NCBI GenBank assembly: GCA_965541585.1
Contig: CBEUCH010000018.1
Coordinates: 1-63,765 of the forward strand
DNA: 63,765 nucleotides
Direction: 5' to 3'
DNA from: an uncultured bacterium
GTDB lineage: Bacteria > Zixibacteria > MSB-5A5 > UBA10806
Shown here: in pieces, positions 20,101 through 29,703 of the stretch
How the letters are laid out: each line of letters opens with the position of its first letter
Numbering within the stretch: the first letter of the stretch is position 1
The notes under the pieces: generated by a model
Seen by the model: only the letters and a program-made list of their open reading frames with translations
Databases searched by the model: none
What the model was told of the DNA's origin: nothing
Position numbers and translations under genes: made by a program

Positions 20101-21224
20101 GCCACAAATAAGAGCCTGAAGAGAACAAGCATGGCCATCTGGTAGGTAAGATCCAGGTCTTTAGATGACGGTTTCTTAAGCTTCCTGGCCTTCACCATTG
20201 CCATGGCCAATTGCGGTATGACTGATGTATAGATACGGTCTCTAAGGCGTTCGCCGATATCCTTGGCGTATCGTTCAGATTTTTCCCGAAGGACTTTGAA
20301 AAAGCCGTCGTCCCGAAGTCCTTCTGCAGACAAAATAAGCCAGGCAAACGGCAACCTTTTTTCCGGAAGCAATTGCAGATCAAGAGACAGATAGGTATCT
20401 GTAAGGCCCCGACGTCCAACTCCAACATCAGTTCGCGTTGGATAAAGTCTTATTTCACTTCCCCTGCTGACAATCACCCATTTGAGATTATGGGATTGAG
20501 CTAATTGTAAAGCGTAGGATACCGGTGTTTGATTACCAAACCGCCGAGATGGAAGCTCTGCAATTTCATTTTGATCCAGGAAAATGGCAAGCGCTAATTG
20601 TGAGCCTTTTGCCGTCAAAATGGACGCTGGACCAGTTAATGGCTCAATCGCATAACCAAGTCCGGATAGTAATTCCTTATCTTTAAGATCCCGTAAACGG
20701 ATCGATTTTTGGGCTGCTTTATGCCAGGCATCGGTTCCGATTTCATCTTCCCCTCGCTGCAATACATATGTGGCTAATAACCCCTGGTTTCGGATTCCGA
20801 ATATAGAAGACTGGGATTCCGGTAAATGATCGCGCAAGAATCTATCTACCGTATGGTGATCCGGTAATTCAAGGGCCGTCGCGCAAAGACGCTCGGCGTG
20901 CTCAACAGGCAGATCGGGCTGAACCGGTATTTGTCCACGTGACCGTTCGCTATGGCCACAAATGGAGCAATGATGATCGTATATGGCCACTATAAGAAGT
21001 GGGATTCCTCGCCCGGTCAAACGTTCCTTCCAGGCCTTGTGCAGTCCGTCCTTTGAAGGTCTGTGCGTACCGGTATACACAAGCAGTTCTAAACCGGGCG
21101 TTCCTTTGCCGAGAATGAGACCTCTCGCATTATACCCTTCGATTCTCGGAAATTCACCCGGGCGGTATTCATAACCGGCAAGGAAATTGATAGTATCGGA
21201 GCTCATCATAGGATTCTCACCCAC
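17133..21224 (-). CDS. Eco57I/type IIG-like DNA amino-methyltransferase with target-recognition domain
   Basis: GSYYT, DIAMGSGHFL (motif I), IYGVDLNP, GFDVIIGNPPW (motif IV). Confidence 0.9.
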   Translation of the reverse strand: MGENPMMSSDTINFLAGYEYRPGEFPRIEGYNARGLILGKGTPGLELLVYTGTHRPSKDGLHKAWKERLTGRGIPLLIVAIYDHHCSICGHSERSRGQIPVQPDLPVEHAERLCATALELPDHHTVDRFLRDHLPESQSSIFGIRNQGLLATYVLQRGEDEIGTDAWHKAAQKSIRLRDLKDKELLSGLGYAIEPLTGPASILTAKGSQLALAIFLDQNEIAELPSRRFGNQTPVSYALQLAQSHNLKWVIVSRGSEIRLYPTRTDVGVGRRGLTDTYLSLDLQLLPEKRLPFAWLILSAEGLRDDGFFKVLREKSERYAKDIGERLRDRIYTSVIPQLAMAMVKARKLKKPSSKDLDLTYQMAMLVLFRLLFVAYAEDHDLLPYRTNELYRSRSLTRLAHELKRIIDENHGFDPGSSLWNEVNRLWKAVRDGQSEWDIPPYNGGMFEEGKDHPAGAELAKISLSNREFGLILSFLLLDEDTPEGLGPVDFRSLGVREFGTIYEGLLENELSVADSNLTTDKKGHYKPTDSKKKVVVSEGEIYLHNKSGARKASGSYYTKSFAVDHLLDHSLEPALDEHLEKVVKAAKTDTDKASRMLFEFYVADIAMGSGHFLISAIDRIEKRFLSFLGDNPHFKGVDAELEKLRAVAREKLGEAVDERRLEKNQLLRRLIARRCIYGVDLNPLAVELARLSVWIHTFVPGLPLSFLDHNLVCGNSLVGIGTFDEVLEELTSKGHTLDLFEDPAKKWLGAAQKEIQALREISDADIGEIDKAKKAHEGIGKRLSELSAFFDILSAARLDKEIVKKMGSGAAGFLTKLTELQNLFGYALHKKARKATSDIPPFHFPIAFPEVFLRDRPGFDVIIGNPPWEEATIEEDAFWARHFPGLRGMRQSDQEILKNEYRKERSDLVRILEQEIRENDLLRRVLTTGPFPGMGTGDPDLYKAFYWRFWHLIYKDGGRLGVVLPRSAWFVKGSEMFRKEVFTDGRVEDITYLLNSGGWVFDDAEPRYTIALTSIEKSTPEKNDHSLYLRGPYRSKSTFDEGITNPPVSYKVEDVLGWTDTASLPLLPSEESAKVFLQMRKAPRLDADIGCWRCRPLRELDATNDRDLFTLTNDPPKGYWPVYKGESFDIWNPDTSKYYAWVEPEKIIEHLQKKRERGHRNARSVFFEFSDEWIKDQSTLPCLHPRIAFRDISRSTDSRTVRIALIPPNVVITNKGPTFLWPKGKTSHIVYLLAILSSIIQDWYSRRFVEESMNFYLINSFPIPRIAEDDKILPRILAVAGRLACLDRRFAEFAKAVGVKYGPLAEHEKTDMIHELDAIVAHLYGLSEKQLIHIFETFHVGWDYEERLRATLKHFKEWKKKV

Positions 21225-21382
21225 AACGTTATTGGTAGTAAGTCGTTTAGCCTTTTTCCAATATTATATATAATTTACCTGAAATAGTAAATGAAATTTA
21301 GCTAATGCCGAAGGCCTTTCTAATATCTCCCGGTTTTCGTTTTTAGCACAAATATTGATATCTAAAACCGGTTTTAAAATCC

Positions 21383-23110
21383 TTATTGGCTCTTGTTTTT
21401 AATCTTGATTAAGCTTCTTCGATCGACCGCATGCATTTTTTTTATCTGATCCCATGTTAATCCGTGTGCAGTTTTTTGCTTCAATAGAAGCTTCATCAGC
21501 TCCTCGGTTACATCGGTATAGCCATATTTGCGCAGTAATCCGAACATAATACGCTGCTCTTCCTCTGAAACCCTCATTTCAGGAATGCTTATTTGCTTCA
21601 CTTTTTTTCGTTGAATGCGACTTGACGGTAACTCAAAATGCTTTTTAATCTGCTCCTCATTCTGAGTGGGATGCTTTCCCTCTTCTGTCAATTTGAACGA
21701 TATATAAGGAGTATATCTCTCCGGCTTGTACTTCTGATGAGGACTCATTAGCCCCATAAAGAATAGTGCCGTATCAAACGATACCCGTGGATCCTTGATA
21801 TTCTCGGGGTTATATGTCCGGAAATATTCTATCTCTTTTTTGATTAGCTCCAATAGTTCATCGGGTAGTATATAGACGTCCGTATCTTTCAATCGGTCAT
21901 GAAGCCGGCTGGAGCTTGCAATATTGGTCTTGTCCGGAAGGTCCAGATATATAAGAAATCTCTGTTTCACTAAATGATCAAGGGTTCCCTTTGTAAAGAC
22001 GGCCTTATAAGTTCTTTCAGGGTTCCGTCGATAATACCAGGCAATTATCTGATTGCCAGCATATTTGATTTGTTCGGGCTGCCCATTATTCTCAATCAGA
22101 ACTTCCAGCGTCATGTCTTTCTCTATAATCGGCTGGCGATCAATTTGGTGGCTGAACCGGCTATAGAATCCATTCGATAACCTGCTATTTCTCAGCAAAT
22201 GCAAGATTTCCTGTTCGAGCTCGCGATATCCCCCCTCTTTCCAGTCGTATTCAACAAGGCAATAAAGATTGTGAAGGCTCCAGCAATGCCTCTTCTTGCC
22301 GTTTCTTGACTCTCCATGCTTTGACAGGATATCGCAGATGAATGGAATGATGTCGATTTTCCTTTCTGAAAGCGGTGGGATCTCCACGTGCCAAAGAGCG
22401 ATCCTATAATATAGTTCTTTGGAAAACTCGTCGGTATCCACAACCTTCTTATTTGTGGCGCAAATCAAACCGAAATTCGTTCTATACTGATCTTCAAAGG
22501 TTCCCCCGACCGGCATGACCTCTCGGTGTTCGAGCGCGCTCAATAAGGCGTTCTGTAATTCTCTTGATAGATTGCCGATTTCGTCCAGAAACAAGATACA
22601 CCCATCAGCTTGCTTCAACAAGCCTTCCTTGTCCTTCACCGCCCCGGTGAACGCTCCTTCCAAATGCCCGAATAATTCACTCCTGATTAGATTGGGTTCT
22701 ATTTCTGAGCAGTTTCGTGTAAAGGAATTTTTCCTGTTTTTTCCCCAGGCTCGCCGACGAATAGAGTCAACCAGGGCAGTTTTGCCGGTTCCGGAATCGC
22801 CTGTAACCAGAACAGAGTTCATACGATTGTCTACCGAGAGAAAATCTGCAATGTCATCCGCCATCCGCTTAAGATCGTTCATCGACTTGCTGAGGCCTAC
22901 GAGTTCCTTTACATCAAGGGAAGACGTAGAGTCTTTTGAACGGGATTTTTGACCTTTTGTCTTAAGTTCAGGTCGCTTAGTTCCCATCAATCTCCTGTCT
23001 GTCATATTTGTCTTGTCTATGCCATTATATAACCCTTCGGCGGTAAGGATCAAGCAAAAAAGGTCAATATAAGCAAGCTCCTTGAGATCAATATTAGAAT
23101 AGTTTATCAA
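21383..23110 (-). CDS. Sigma-54-dependent enhancer-binding AAA+ activator without a recognisable sensor domain
   Basis: GDSGTGKT, SELFGHLEGAFTGA, FLDEIG, ICATN, LYYRI; long unassigned C-terminal region; start uncertain. Confidence 0.85.
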   Translation of the reverse strand: MINYSNIDLKELAYIDLFCLILTAEGLYNGIDKTNMTDRRLMGTKRPELKTKGQKSRSKDSTSSLDVKELVGLSKSMNDLKRMADDIADFLSVDNRMNSVLVTGDSGTGKTALVDSIRRRAWGKNRKNSFTRNCSEIEPNLIRSELFGHLEGAFTGAVKDKEGLLKQADGCILFLDEIGNLSRELQNALLSALEHREVMPVGGTFEDQYRTNFGLICATNKKVVDTDEFSKELYYRIALWHVEIPPLSERKIDIIPFICDILSKHGESRNGKKRHCWSLHNLYCLVEYDWKEGGYRELEQEILHLLRNSRLSNGFYSRFSHQIDRQPIIEKDMTLEVLIENNGQPEQIKYAGNQIIAWYYRRNPERTYKAVFTKGTLDHLVKQRFLIYLDLPDKTNIASSSRLHDRLKDTDVYILPDELLELIKKEIEYFRTYNPENIKDPRVSFDTALFFMGLMSPHQKYKPERYTPYISFKLTEEGKHPTQNEEQIKKHFELPSSRIQRKKVKQISIPEMRVSEEEQRIMFGLLRKYGYTDVTEELMKLLLKQKTAHGLTWDQIKKMHAVDRRSLIKIKNKSQ

Positions 23111-23214
23111 AAGTGGCCAATATCGCTATTTTCGGGCGGTTTACCGTCCTCAACTCGGCGCCAGAAAAGCTCTTACTGTTGCTAACGCCCTTCAGTTCAT
23201 AAACTTACATGGAT

Positions 23215-23230
23215 TGGCACGTTATCTGCA
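23215..23230 (+). promoter_or_regulatory. Sigma-54 (-24/-12) promoter upstream of the element's replication genes
   Basis: TGGCACGTTATCTGCA, i.e. GG-N10-GC, ending 30 nt before the ATG at 23261 and divergent from the GAFTGA activator. Confidence 0.8.
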
Positions 23231-23260
23231 ATACTCGAATCAGTAGAACAGGAAAATAAA

Positions 23261-23551
23261 ATGAGACAACAGAAAAGACGACAGATTGCAATTGACGACA
23301 TCAAACTTGCTGCCTATCTGCATGCAAAACAGATTCCTATAGAGAGAGTCCAGCGATCTGGCAGATATGGCTGTTTCTATTTCGACGAAAAGAAGGCCCG
23401 GGCTGAAGTGGACAGATATGTGCTTGGCGAAGCCCTCGTTGAGCCAAAGGTGTTCTCAGCAGCGATCCGGGAGTTACGATCGCTCGTCGATAGCCTGTCC
23501 GACGAAATCAGCAGAGAGTTTACTGCACAGACAGATGGAAAGGCATCATGA
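23261..23551 (+). CDS. Small protein, DUF5659-like (mobile-element associated)
   Basis: DIKLAAYL...FYF pattern; RBS; ATGA overlap with the primase gene. Confidence 0.65.
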   Translation: MRQQKRRQIAIDDIKLAAYLHAKQIPIERVQRSGRYGCFYFDEKKARAEVDRYVLGEALVEPKVFSAAIRELRSLVDSLSDEISREFTAQTDGKAS

Positions 23552-26002
23552 GTAATTCTGTCAAAAGACTGCCATTGGAGCCCCATCATATTGAAGACTT
23601 ACAGAGATCCGGTCTTTCCTTAAAGACAATCCGAGAAGCGAATGTTCACTCGATTTCAGATGAAGCCGTAGAGAGAATATTGGGATTCAACATCACAAAA
23701 TCAGCGGGCCTGGCTTTCCCATATCTTTTGCCGGAAGGAACCGCATCTGACCCGTTCATTCGCGTCAAAATTGATTTGCCGCCAATAATAAATGGCAAGA
23801 CGGCACGATACCTAAGCCCTAAAGGATCGGGGAATCGTCTTTATATTCCTCCGGGGATTCAGTCATCACTGAAGGATACATTCAAGGCAATCTATATAAC
23901 TGAGGGCGAAAAGAAAGCGCTTAAGGCCGTACAGGAAGGCCTCTACTGCGTCGCCCTATCTGGAGTATGGTGTTGGAGAGAAAAGGACCACTCGGGGGAA
24001 AGTCATCCCATAGGAGATCTCGACTTGCTTGAGTGGAATGATAGGCACGTTTTCATCGTCTTTGATTCAGATGCCATCCAAAAACCATCGGTATTGAAAG
24101 CGGAAAAGGCATTAGCGGAAGAACTCTTTTCAAGAGGCGCCGTCGTTAGAGCTATTAGGCTACCCGGTGGGAACCATGAGAAAGTGGGATTGGACGATTT
24201 TCTGACGGAAAACTCGGTCGGTGATCTGCTCCAGCTACTTCAAATTGATCCCTTAGATCAGAAAAAGAAGAAAACGTCACGGTCTGGTGAAACTCAAAAT
24301 AAAAAGCTGATTGATTATGGATCGCTACTATTCCTTTTTCATGATCAACACAAAGAGGCCTTTGCCTTTATTGACGGCAATTCCGTCCCTCTGAGTGCCA
24401 AGAGAGCTAAACGCTGGTTAACACGATGCTTTTATGAAGACGAAGGAAAAGCTCCAAACACTGATACGCTCAACCAGGCAATACTGGCATTAGAGGCAAA
24501 GGCACTTTTCGATGGCCCGGAAATAACGCTTAATAACCGTGTAGCCTCCCACGAAGGAGCTTTCTGGCATGATTTAGGCAACGGGCAGGCAATTAAGACA
24601 GTTCCAGGAAAATGGGAAATTGCAGAATCCCCGGTTCTATTTAGAAGATATTCCCATCAGCAAATTCAAGTAACGCCGTCGCCCGGTGGTGATCCTTTTG
24701 CTGTATTTAAGTTCTTAAACGTCAGGGGTGACCAAGAGCTGCTGGTGCTGGCCTGCTTAATCTCATACTTTATTCCTGATATCCCCCACCCGATCTTCCA
24801 TCCCCATGGTCCGCACGGGTCCGGGAAAACCTCTTCCTGCGTATTAATAAAAAGACTTTGTGATCCGTCGACTATTGAAACTTTAATATCACCCAAAAAC
24901 CCTACCCAACTGATACAGCTACTGGCCCACCATCATGTTTGCCTTTTCGACAACATGAGTAATTTACCCGACTGGATGTCTGATATCTTATGTCAGGCGT
25001 GCACCGGCGGAGGGTTCAGCAAAAGACAACTGTACACCGACGACGATGACATCATTTACCAGATCAAAAGGTGCGTAGGGCTTAACGGAATAAACTTGTT
25101 AACCATCAAATCTGATATTCTGGATCGAAGTATTCTGCTTCATCTCGAAAGGATCGATAGCCGGACACGGCTGGAAGAAAGCGATATTTGGAGATCATTT
25201 GATGAGGCCAAGCCAAAGATACTTGGCGGTATTTTCGATGCTCTGTCAAGGGCTATGGCGATATACCCAACCGTCAATTTCCCCTGTCTCCCCCGGATGG
25301 CGGACTTTGCCAGATGGGGGGGCAGCTATCGCCGAGGCGCTCGGTTTCAGCGGAGAGGAGTTTCTCCGAGCATATCAGTGCAACGTTGACAGGCAAAACG
25401 ATGAGGCCATTCAAAGCAATACGCTGGCTCAGGCGGTCCTCACCCTAATGTCAGAACGAGAATCCTGGGAAGGTACTGTCAAGAAAGCCCACAACAGGCT
25501 CCGGGAAATCGCCGATCCAGATAGGAAAGACCCTACTTTTCCCAGAAGCAGCCGGACCTTGCGCAAGCATCTGGAGCGGATCAAGGCAAATCTGCAGGAT
25601 TACAGCATCACATACACCATCGGCGAGCGGACCAGGGACGGATATCCGATCAGTTTCCGTAAAGATGATAATTTTGGTTCACTTGCTTCACAGCCGCTGG
25701 AAGACAAAGAGTTAACTAGTGAACCAAGTGTGAACGAAAGTGAAGCAAACGGAATATCACCATTATTTGATTCACCACATAACCCGTTGAAAGACAATAT
25801 CTGTGAACTTGGTGAACCAGATGCATCAAATTTCAAAGCCTTACGGATTGGCTCCCCAACCTCACCAACGAATCTGAAAGATTGGCCGGAAGAATTGCGA
25901 GAAGAGTTCGAGGAGCGAGCGGCCATCATGGAATTTGACGGCGGATTAAGCCGAGACGAGGCCGAAATGGCAGCTCTCCTATTGGCTGGAGAGCCAACCT
26001 GA
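23548..26002 (+). pseudogene. DUF3854/Toprim-like primase fused to a P-loop helicase-like domain, split by a frameshift in a G7 run at 25316-25322
   Basis: YLSPKG, ITEGEKKA, FDSD, GLDDFL; GPHGSGKT, FDN. LPRMADFARWG continues as AAIAEALG in the other frame. C-terminal FEERAAIMEFDGGLSR..AE motif. Confidence 0.8.
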
Positions 26003-26064
26003 GAGGTTGTTTGACGGACAAAATGAGACACAAAAAAAAGAATATTAATATGAGGGGGAAAACA

Positions 26065-26286
26065 ATGACTGACAGACCCATTACAACCATGGAAAAAAAC
26101 TCGCAGGAGGAGATCCGGTTCTCCCTGCAGGAATACCGGGGCACTGATTTGATCGACATCAGGGTATACTACGATCCCGGTTCCGGCAAACGGAAACCGA
26201 CCAGGAAGGGCATCTCGGTTCCGGTTGATCGATTTGATGAATTCATGGAATGCCTTAAGAACGTTAAGAAAACCGTCTCTACATAG
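26065..26286 (+). CDS. PC4/p15-family single-stranded DNA-binding protein
   Basis: KNSQEEIRFSLQEYRG..LIDIRVYY...PTRKGIS; GAGGGGG RBS before the ATG at 26065. Confidence 0.85.
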   Translation: MTDRPITTMEKNSQEEIRFSLQEYRGTDLIDIRVYYDPGSGKRKPTRKGISVPVDRFDEFMECLKNVKKTVST

Positions 26287-26421
26287 CATGATTAGCAGAG
26301 AAAATTCAGGCAAGAACGGTCACATAGGAAATGGGAATTTCCTGAAATACGAGACCGCTGATACGAAAAATGGATCAAAAGAGAGTAGGAATTCATAGGC
26401 TATGGAGATTATCACAGAAGG

Positions 26422-26754
26422 ATGATGAGAGATAAGCAGAATATCGAGATTGTCGAATTGCGACCTTGCTCGCTGGTGGGAGCGGCGGCGTTCCTGCGAA
26501 GGATTTACATCATTGAGGGTATAATGACTAATGATCTGTCGTTGAAGCTCTTCAACCGGGCTACAGGCGAATACGATATAGCGCGACCCTTGACCGATGA
26601 AGAGCGGTTACAGCGGCGTCTCGAAAAAGCCAAGACCAGTTATAAGCAAAAGCGGATTGCCCGATCGGAACGAGCTAGAAAAGAGGCTCGCAGGAAGCGG
26701 GAATGGCGGAAACGGAAGAACGTCCCGGACTCCCCCATTTTGAGGGAAAATTGA
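26422..26754 (+). CDS. Hypothetical basic protein
   Basis: 110-aa ORF co-oriented with the replication module, Arg/Lys-rich C-terminus; start uncertain. Confidence 0.45.
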   Translation: MMRDKQNIEIVELRPCSLVGAAAFLRRIYIIEGIMTNDLSLKLFNRATGEYDIARPLTDEERLQRRLEKAKTSYKQKRIARSERARKEARRKREWRKRKNVPDSPILREN

Positions 26755-26761
26755 TATTATG

Positions 26762-26774
26762 TATCAACGAGTTA
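26762..26774 (+). promoter_or_regulatory. IHF-consensus site upstream of the excisionase
   Basis: TATCAACGAGTTA matches WATCAANNNNTTR exactly. Confidence 0.5.
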
Positions 26775-26893
26775 CAGCGGACGTTTCGAGGGGGTATGTG
26801 GTTTGACATGAAAAAATCGGCTGAAAATGTTAACCGATTATATTTCAAGAAGTTAATAATTCGGGTGAAAATACAGGAATGAGCCTCTGATCG

Positions 26894-27094
26894 ATGCAGA
26901 AACTACTGACCGTTGAAGAGATCGCCGACTACCTGCAGGTCAAGCCGTCTACCATCTACCAGTGGACGCATCAGGGGTTCATTCCGCATGTAAAGCTGGG
27001 GAATCGGGTGAGGTTCAGGCTGAGCCAGGTGGACAGGTGGATTGAGAGGAGAGAGAATAATGGGAGGACATTAAAAAGGTTGCAGATATTATGA
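26894..27094 (+). CDS. Excisionase-family helix-turn-helix protein
   Basis: LLTVEEIADYLQVKPSTIYQW...IPHVKLG..VRF. Confidence 0.88.
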   Translation: MQKLLTVEEIADYLQVKPSTIYQWTHQGFIPHVKLGNRVRFRLSQVDRWIERRENNGRTLKRLQIL

Positions 27095-27405
27095 TGGCAG
27101 GAATCAACATGTGAGCTGTGTCACCCTGCAACAGCTTCACGTCTTTGTTAGATTTCGAGGATTTAAAGTCACCGAGAATATGACCGAAAACTGTAATGAA
27201 GAAAACTAAATAACGGACGAAGAATGCCTTGTCGTGTAAGACATGGGCTTGCAAGAGTGAGGCGCAATCAAGTCGCTTTTTTGAGCGATCTTGGCTGCGC
27301 CTTTTTGTTTTGAGGTAACATGCGCTTTAAGCGAGACCAGCAATGAAACAAAGAAACCAGGAGAGAATAACCGGTCCAGAGTGACCAGAGTAAAGGAGGA
27401 AGGCC

Positions 27406-28326
27406 ATGACGCCGGAAGTAACTACAGATCAGAGACCTACGGAGGCAGCGGGGCAGAAGCCATACGATGCCCAGATCCTAATCAAGGAACTATGCTCCCA
27501 CCTTCGAATGACCCGGGAGACCAACAGGAGCACGTGGATAGACAGGATCATCGAGGGCAACCTGCTCAAGGCCATGAACAAAGAGGAAATCACGGAAGAA
27601 ACCTCTAACATCTACGACAGCTACATTGCGGTATTGGAAACAGGCAAAGAGGAGGACCTTACCGCCTACGCCCGGGGCCTCTCGGAACGCATTATACCTC
27701 GCGGGGTATCAACCGGCGAGGTCATAGGAATTGTTCTCCTGCTGCGCGACATTCTCTCGCGCTCACTCAACGACAAGTATCGAGGGGACATGACCTACCT
27801 TAACAACGTGATGGACATATACGAGCCAGCCGCGAACCGGATCGCCACCATCGTGTCCGCCTCCTTCGTGGAGGAGCGCGAGCGGTCGCTCAAGGAACAG
27901 CAGGAGGCTATCCGGGAACTGTCGACGCCCGTTTTCGCCGTATGGCAGCAACTTCTGGTATTGCCTATAATTGGAACAATCGACACGGTCCGGGCCAAGC
28001 AGCTGACCGAGAATCTGCTGGCTGGCATCCGTCGCCAGCGGGCGAAGGTGGCGATAATGGACATTACGGCAGTACCGTCCGTGGATTCCAAGATTGCCAA
28101 CCATATCCTTCAGGCAATTGACGCCGCACGTATGCTCGGCTGTGACGTGATTCTGACCGGCGTTTCAGAGGTGATTTCGCAGACGATGGTACAACTGGGC
28201 CTCGATCTATCGCGCGTCAAGGCAGTGCTTGACCTCCAAAGCGGAATAGAGCAAGGTATCACCGCGCTGGGGTTGGAGATTAGGTCATTAAGCGCTCAGA
28301 AGGCAGTGGACATGCCCAAGGAGTAA
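27406..28326 (+). CDS. rsbR: Stressosome sensor RsbR (helical N-terminal domain + STAS)
   Basis: QQEAIRELSTPV, PIIGTIDTVRA, DITAVPSVDS; AAGGAGG RBS. Confidence 0.9.
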   Translation: MTPEVTTDQRPTEAAGQKPYDAQILIKELCSHLRMTRETNRSTWIDRIIEGNLLKAMNKEEITEETSNIYDSYIAVLETGKEEDLTAYARGLSERIIPRGVSTGEVIGIVLLLRDILSRSLNDKYRGDMTYLNNVMDIYEPAANRIATIVSASFVEERERSLKEQQEAIRELSTPVFAVWQQLLVLPIIGTIDTVRAKQLTENLLAGIRRQRAKVAIMDITAVPSVDSKIANHILQAIDAARMLGCDVILTGVSEVISQTMVQLGLDLSRVKAVLDLQSGIEQGITALGLEIRSLSAQKAVDMPKE

Positions 28327-28330
28327 TTCC

Positions 28331-28693
28331 ATGCTGTCCCAGGTTCCGATCTTAAAGATTGAAGACTACCTTCTGGCAACGGTTCAAGCCACTCTTTCGG
28401 ATGAGGATATCGTTAATTTCGGGCAGAAACTGCTTCACGCCGTGGGTCGCCAACGGATGAGAGCGGTAATTATTGACTTAAGCGCCCTGGACGTGATCGA
28501 TTCCTTCGCCACCCGCCAGTTTCGCAACATGGCCAACGCCACGCGGCTACGGGGGGCGCGCACTATAATGGTTGGCATCCAGCCGGACGTGGCCTACGGT
28601 CTCGTCCAACTGGGCATGCGGCTAACGGGGATTGAGACGGCTCTTGACCTTGAGGACGCCCTGGCGGTACTCAAAAAAGGAAGGCGCCGGTGA
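28331..28693 (+). CDS. rsbS: Stressosome STAS scaffold RsbS
   Basis: VPILK, IDLSALDVIDSF (phospho-Ser), GIQPDVA, TALDLE. Confidence 0.9.
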   Translation: MLSQVPILKIEDYLLATVQATLSDEDIVNFGQKLLHAVGRQRMRAVIIDLSALDVIDSFATRQFRNMANATRLRGARTIMVGIQPDVAYGLVQLGMRLTGIETALDLEDALAVLKKGRRR

Positions 28694-29085
28694 ATACCGC
28701 CTCAATTCCCATCAAGAACGAGAACGACTTGGTATCCGCCCGCCTTCAGGGGCGGGATATGGCAAAGGAAATAGGCTTTGGCGTTTTTGATCAAACGCTG
28801 ATTTCGACCGCCATTTCTGAACTGGCGCGAAACATCCTATCGTACGCTGAAACCGGTGAGATGCTGCTTGAGATGACTTCAGACGGGTCCCGCCGGGGCA
28901 TTCGGCTGCGTGCCATCGACAAAGGACCGGGTATAGAGGACCTGGAGGCGGCTCAACATGAGGGCTATTCTACCGGCGGGGGGTTGGGGATGGGGCTATC
29001 AGGCGTCCAACGGCTAATGGATGAATTCAGTATCGAGTCCGAGCCAGCCAGGGGCACAACCGTGGAGGTACTCAAATGGCTATGA
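28690..29085 (+). CDS. rsbT: Stressosome Ser/Thr kinase RsbT
   Basis: TAISELARNI, DKGPGI, GYSTGGGLGMGL, RLMDEF, KWL. Confidence 0.92.
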   Translation: MNTASIPIKNENDLVSARLQGRDMAKEIGFGVFDQTLISTAISELARNILSYAETGEMLLEMTSDGSRRGIRLRAIDKGPGIEDLEAAQHEGYSTGGGLGMGLSGVQRLMDEFSIESEPARGTTVEVLKWL

Positions 29086-29699
29086 AGAGGATGGCGACTG
29101 CAACGAAACTCAATTTCGGAACCAAGACGGTTTCCTCGCCAGGAGAGGAGATGGCGGCGGATTTATGGGTCGTGAAGCAATTTGGAGAGCAGTGGCTGAT
29201 GGCCGTCATAGATGGCCTGGGTCACGGCCCAGAGGCCCTTAAAGCTGCTGAGACTGCCAGGGGAGTCATTGAAATGTTTGAGGGGCAGCCGCATCCGGCG
29301 ACCATTCTGACGGAGTGCAGCGCAGCGATGACGAATACCCGCGGGGCAGTGATCGGACTGTGTCTGGTGGACTATGGCCGCGACCGTCTAACATGGTCTG
29401 GAGTGGGAAACATTGAAGGCAAGGTAGTTTGGCGCGAAACCGAGGGGCAGCTTCAGCAGGTATCGCTGATTTCTACTCCCGGTATTGTGGGGTGCGATCT
29501 TCCCAAACTCAACCAACAGGTCTGTAAACTGAAACCTGCCAGCCTGATAATCATGTTTACCGACGGACTCGACAGCAAATGGGTATTTCCCGAAAACCGC
29601 TGGCTTTTCGAAATGGAGCCGGAGGCGCTGGCGGCACACCTGATGAAGAGTCACAGCAAAAAGACAGACGATAGCCTTGTAGCTGTAGTGAGGTACTGA
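29076..29699 (+). CDS. rsbX: RsbX-like PP2C/SpoIIE phosphatase
   Basis: IDGLGHGPEA, TRGAV, GVGNIE, GIVG, FTDGL, DDSL. Confidence 0.85.
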   Translation: MAMKRMATATKLNFGTKTVSSPGEEMAADLWVVKQFGEQWLMAVIDGLGHGPEALKAAETARGVIEMFEGQPHPATILTECSAAMTNTRGAVIGLCLVDYGRDRLTWSGVGNIEGKVVWRETEGQLQQVSLISTPGIVGCDLPKLNQQVCKLKPASLIIMFTDGLDSKWVFPENRWLFEMEPEALAAHLMKSHSKKTDDSLVAVVRY

Positions 29700-29703
29700 C
29701 GAA

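Noticed and set aside
25600..26313. 237-aa antisense ORF, and the other short ORFs overlapping well-supported genes
   Set aside because: Shadow frames of genes with clear motifs; no independent coding signal
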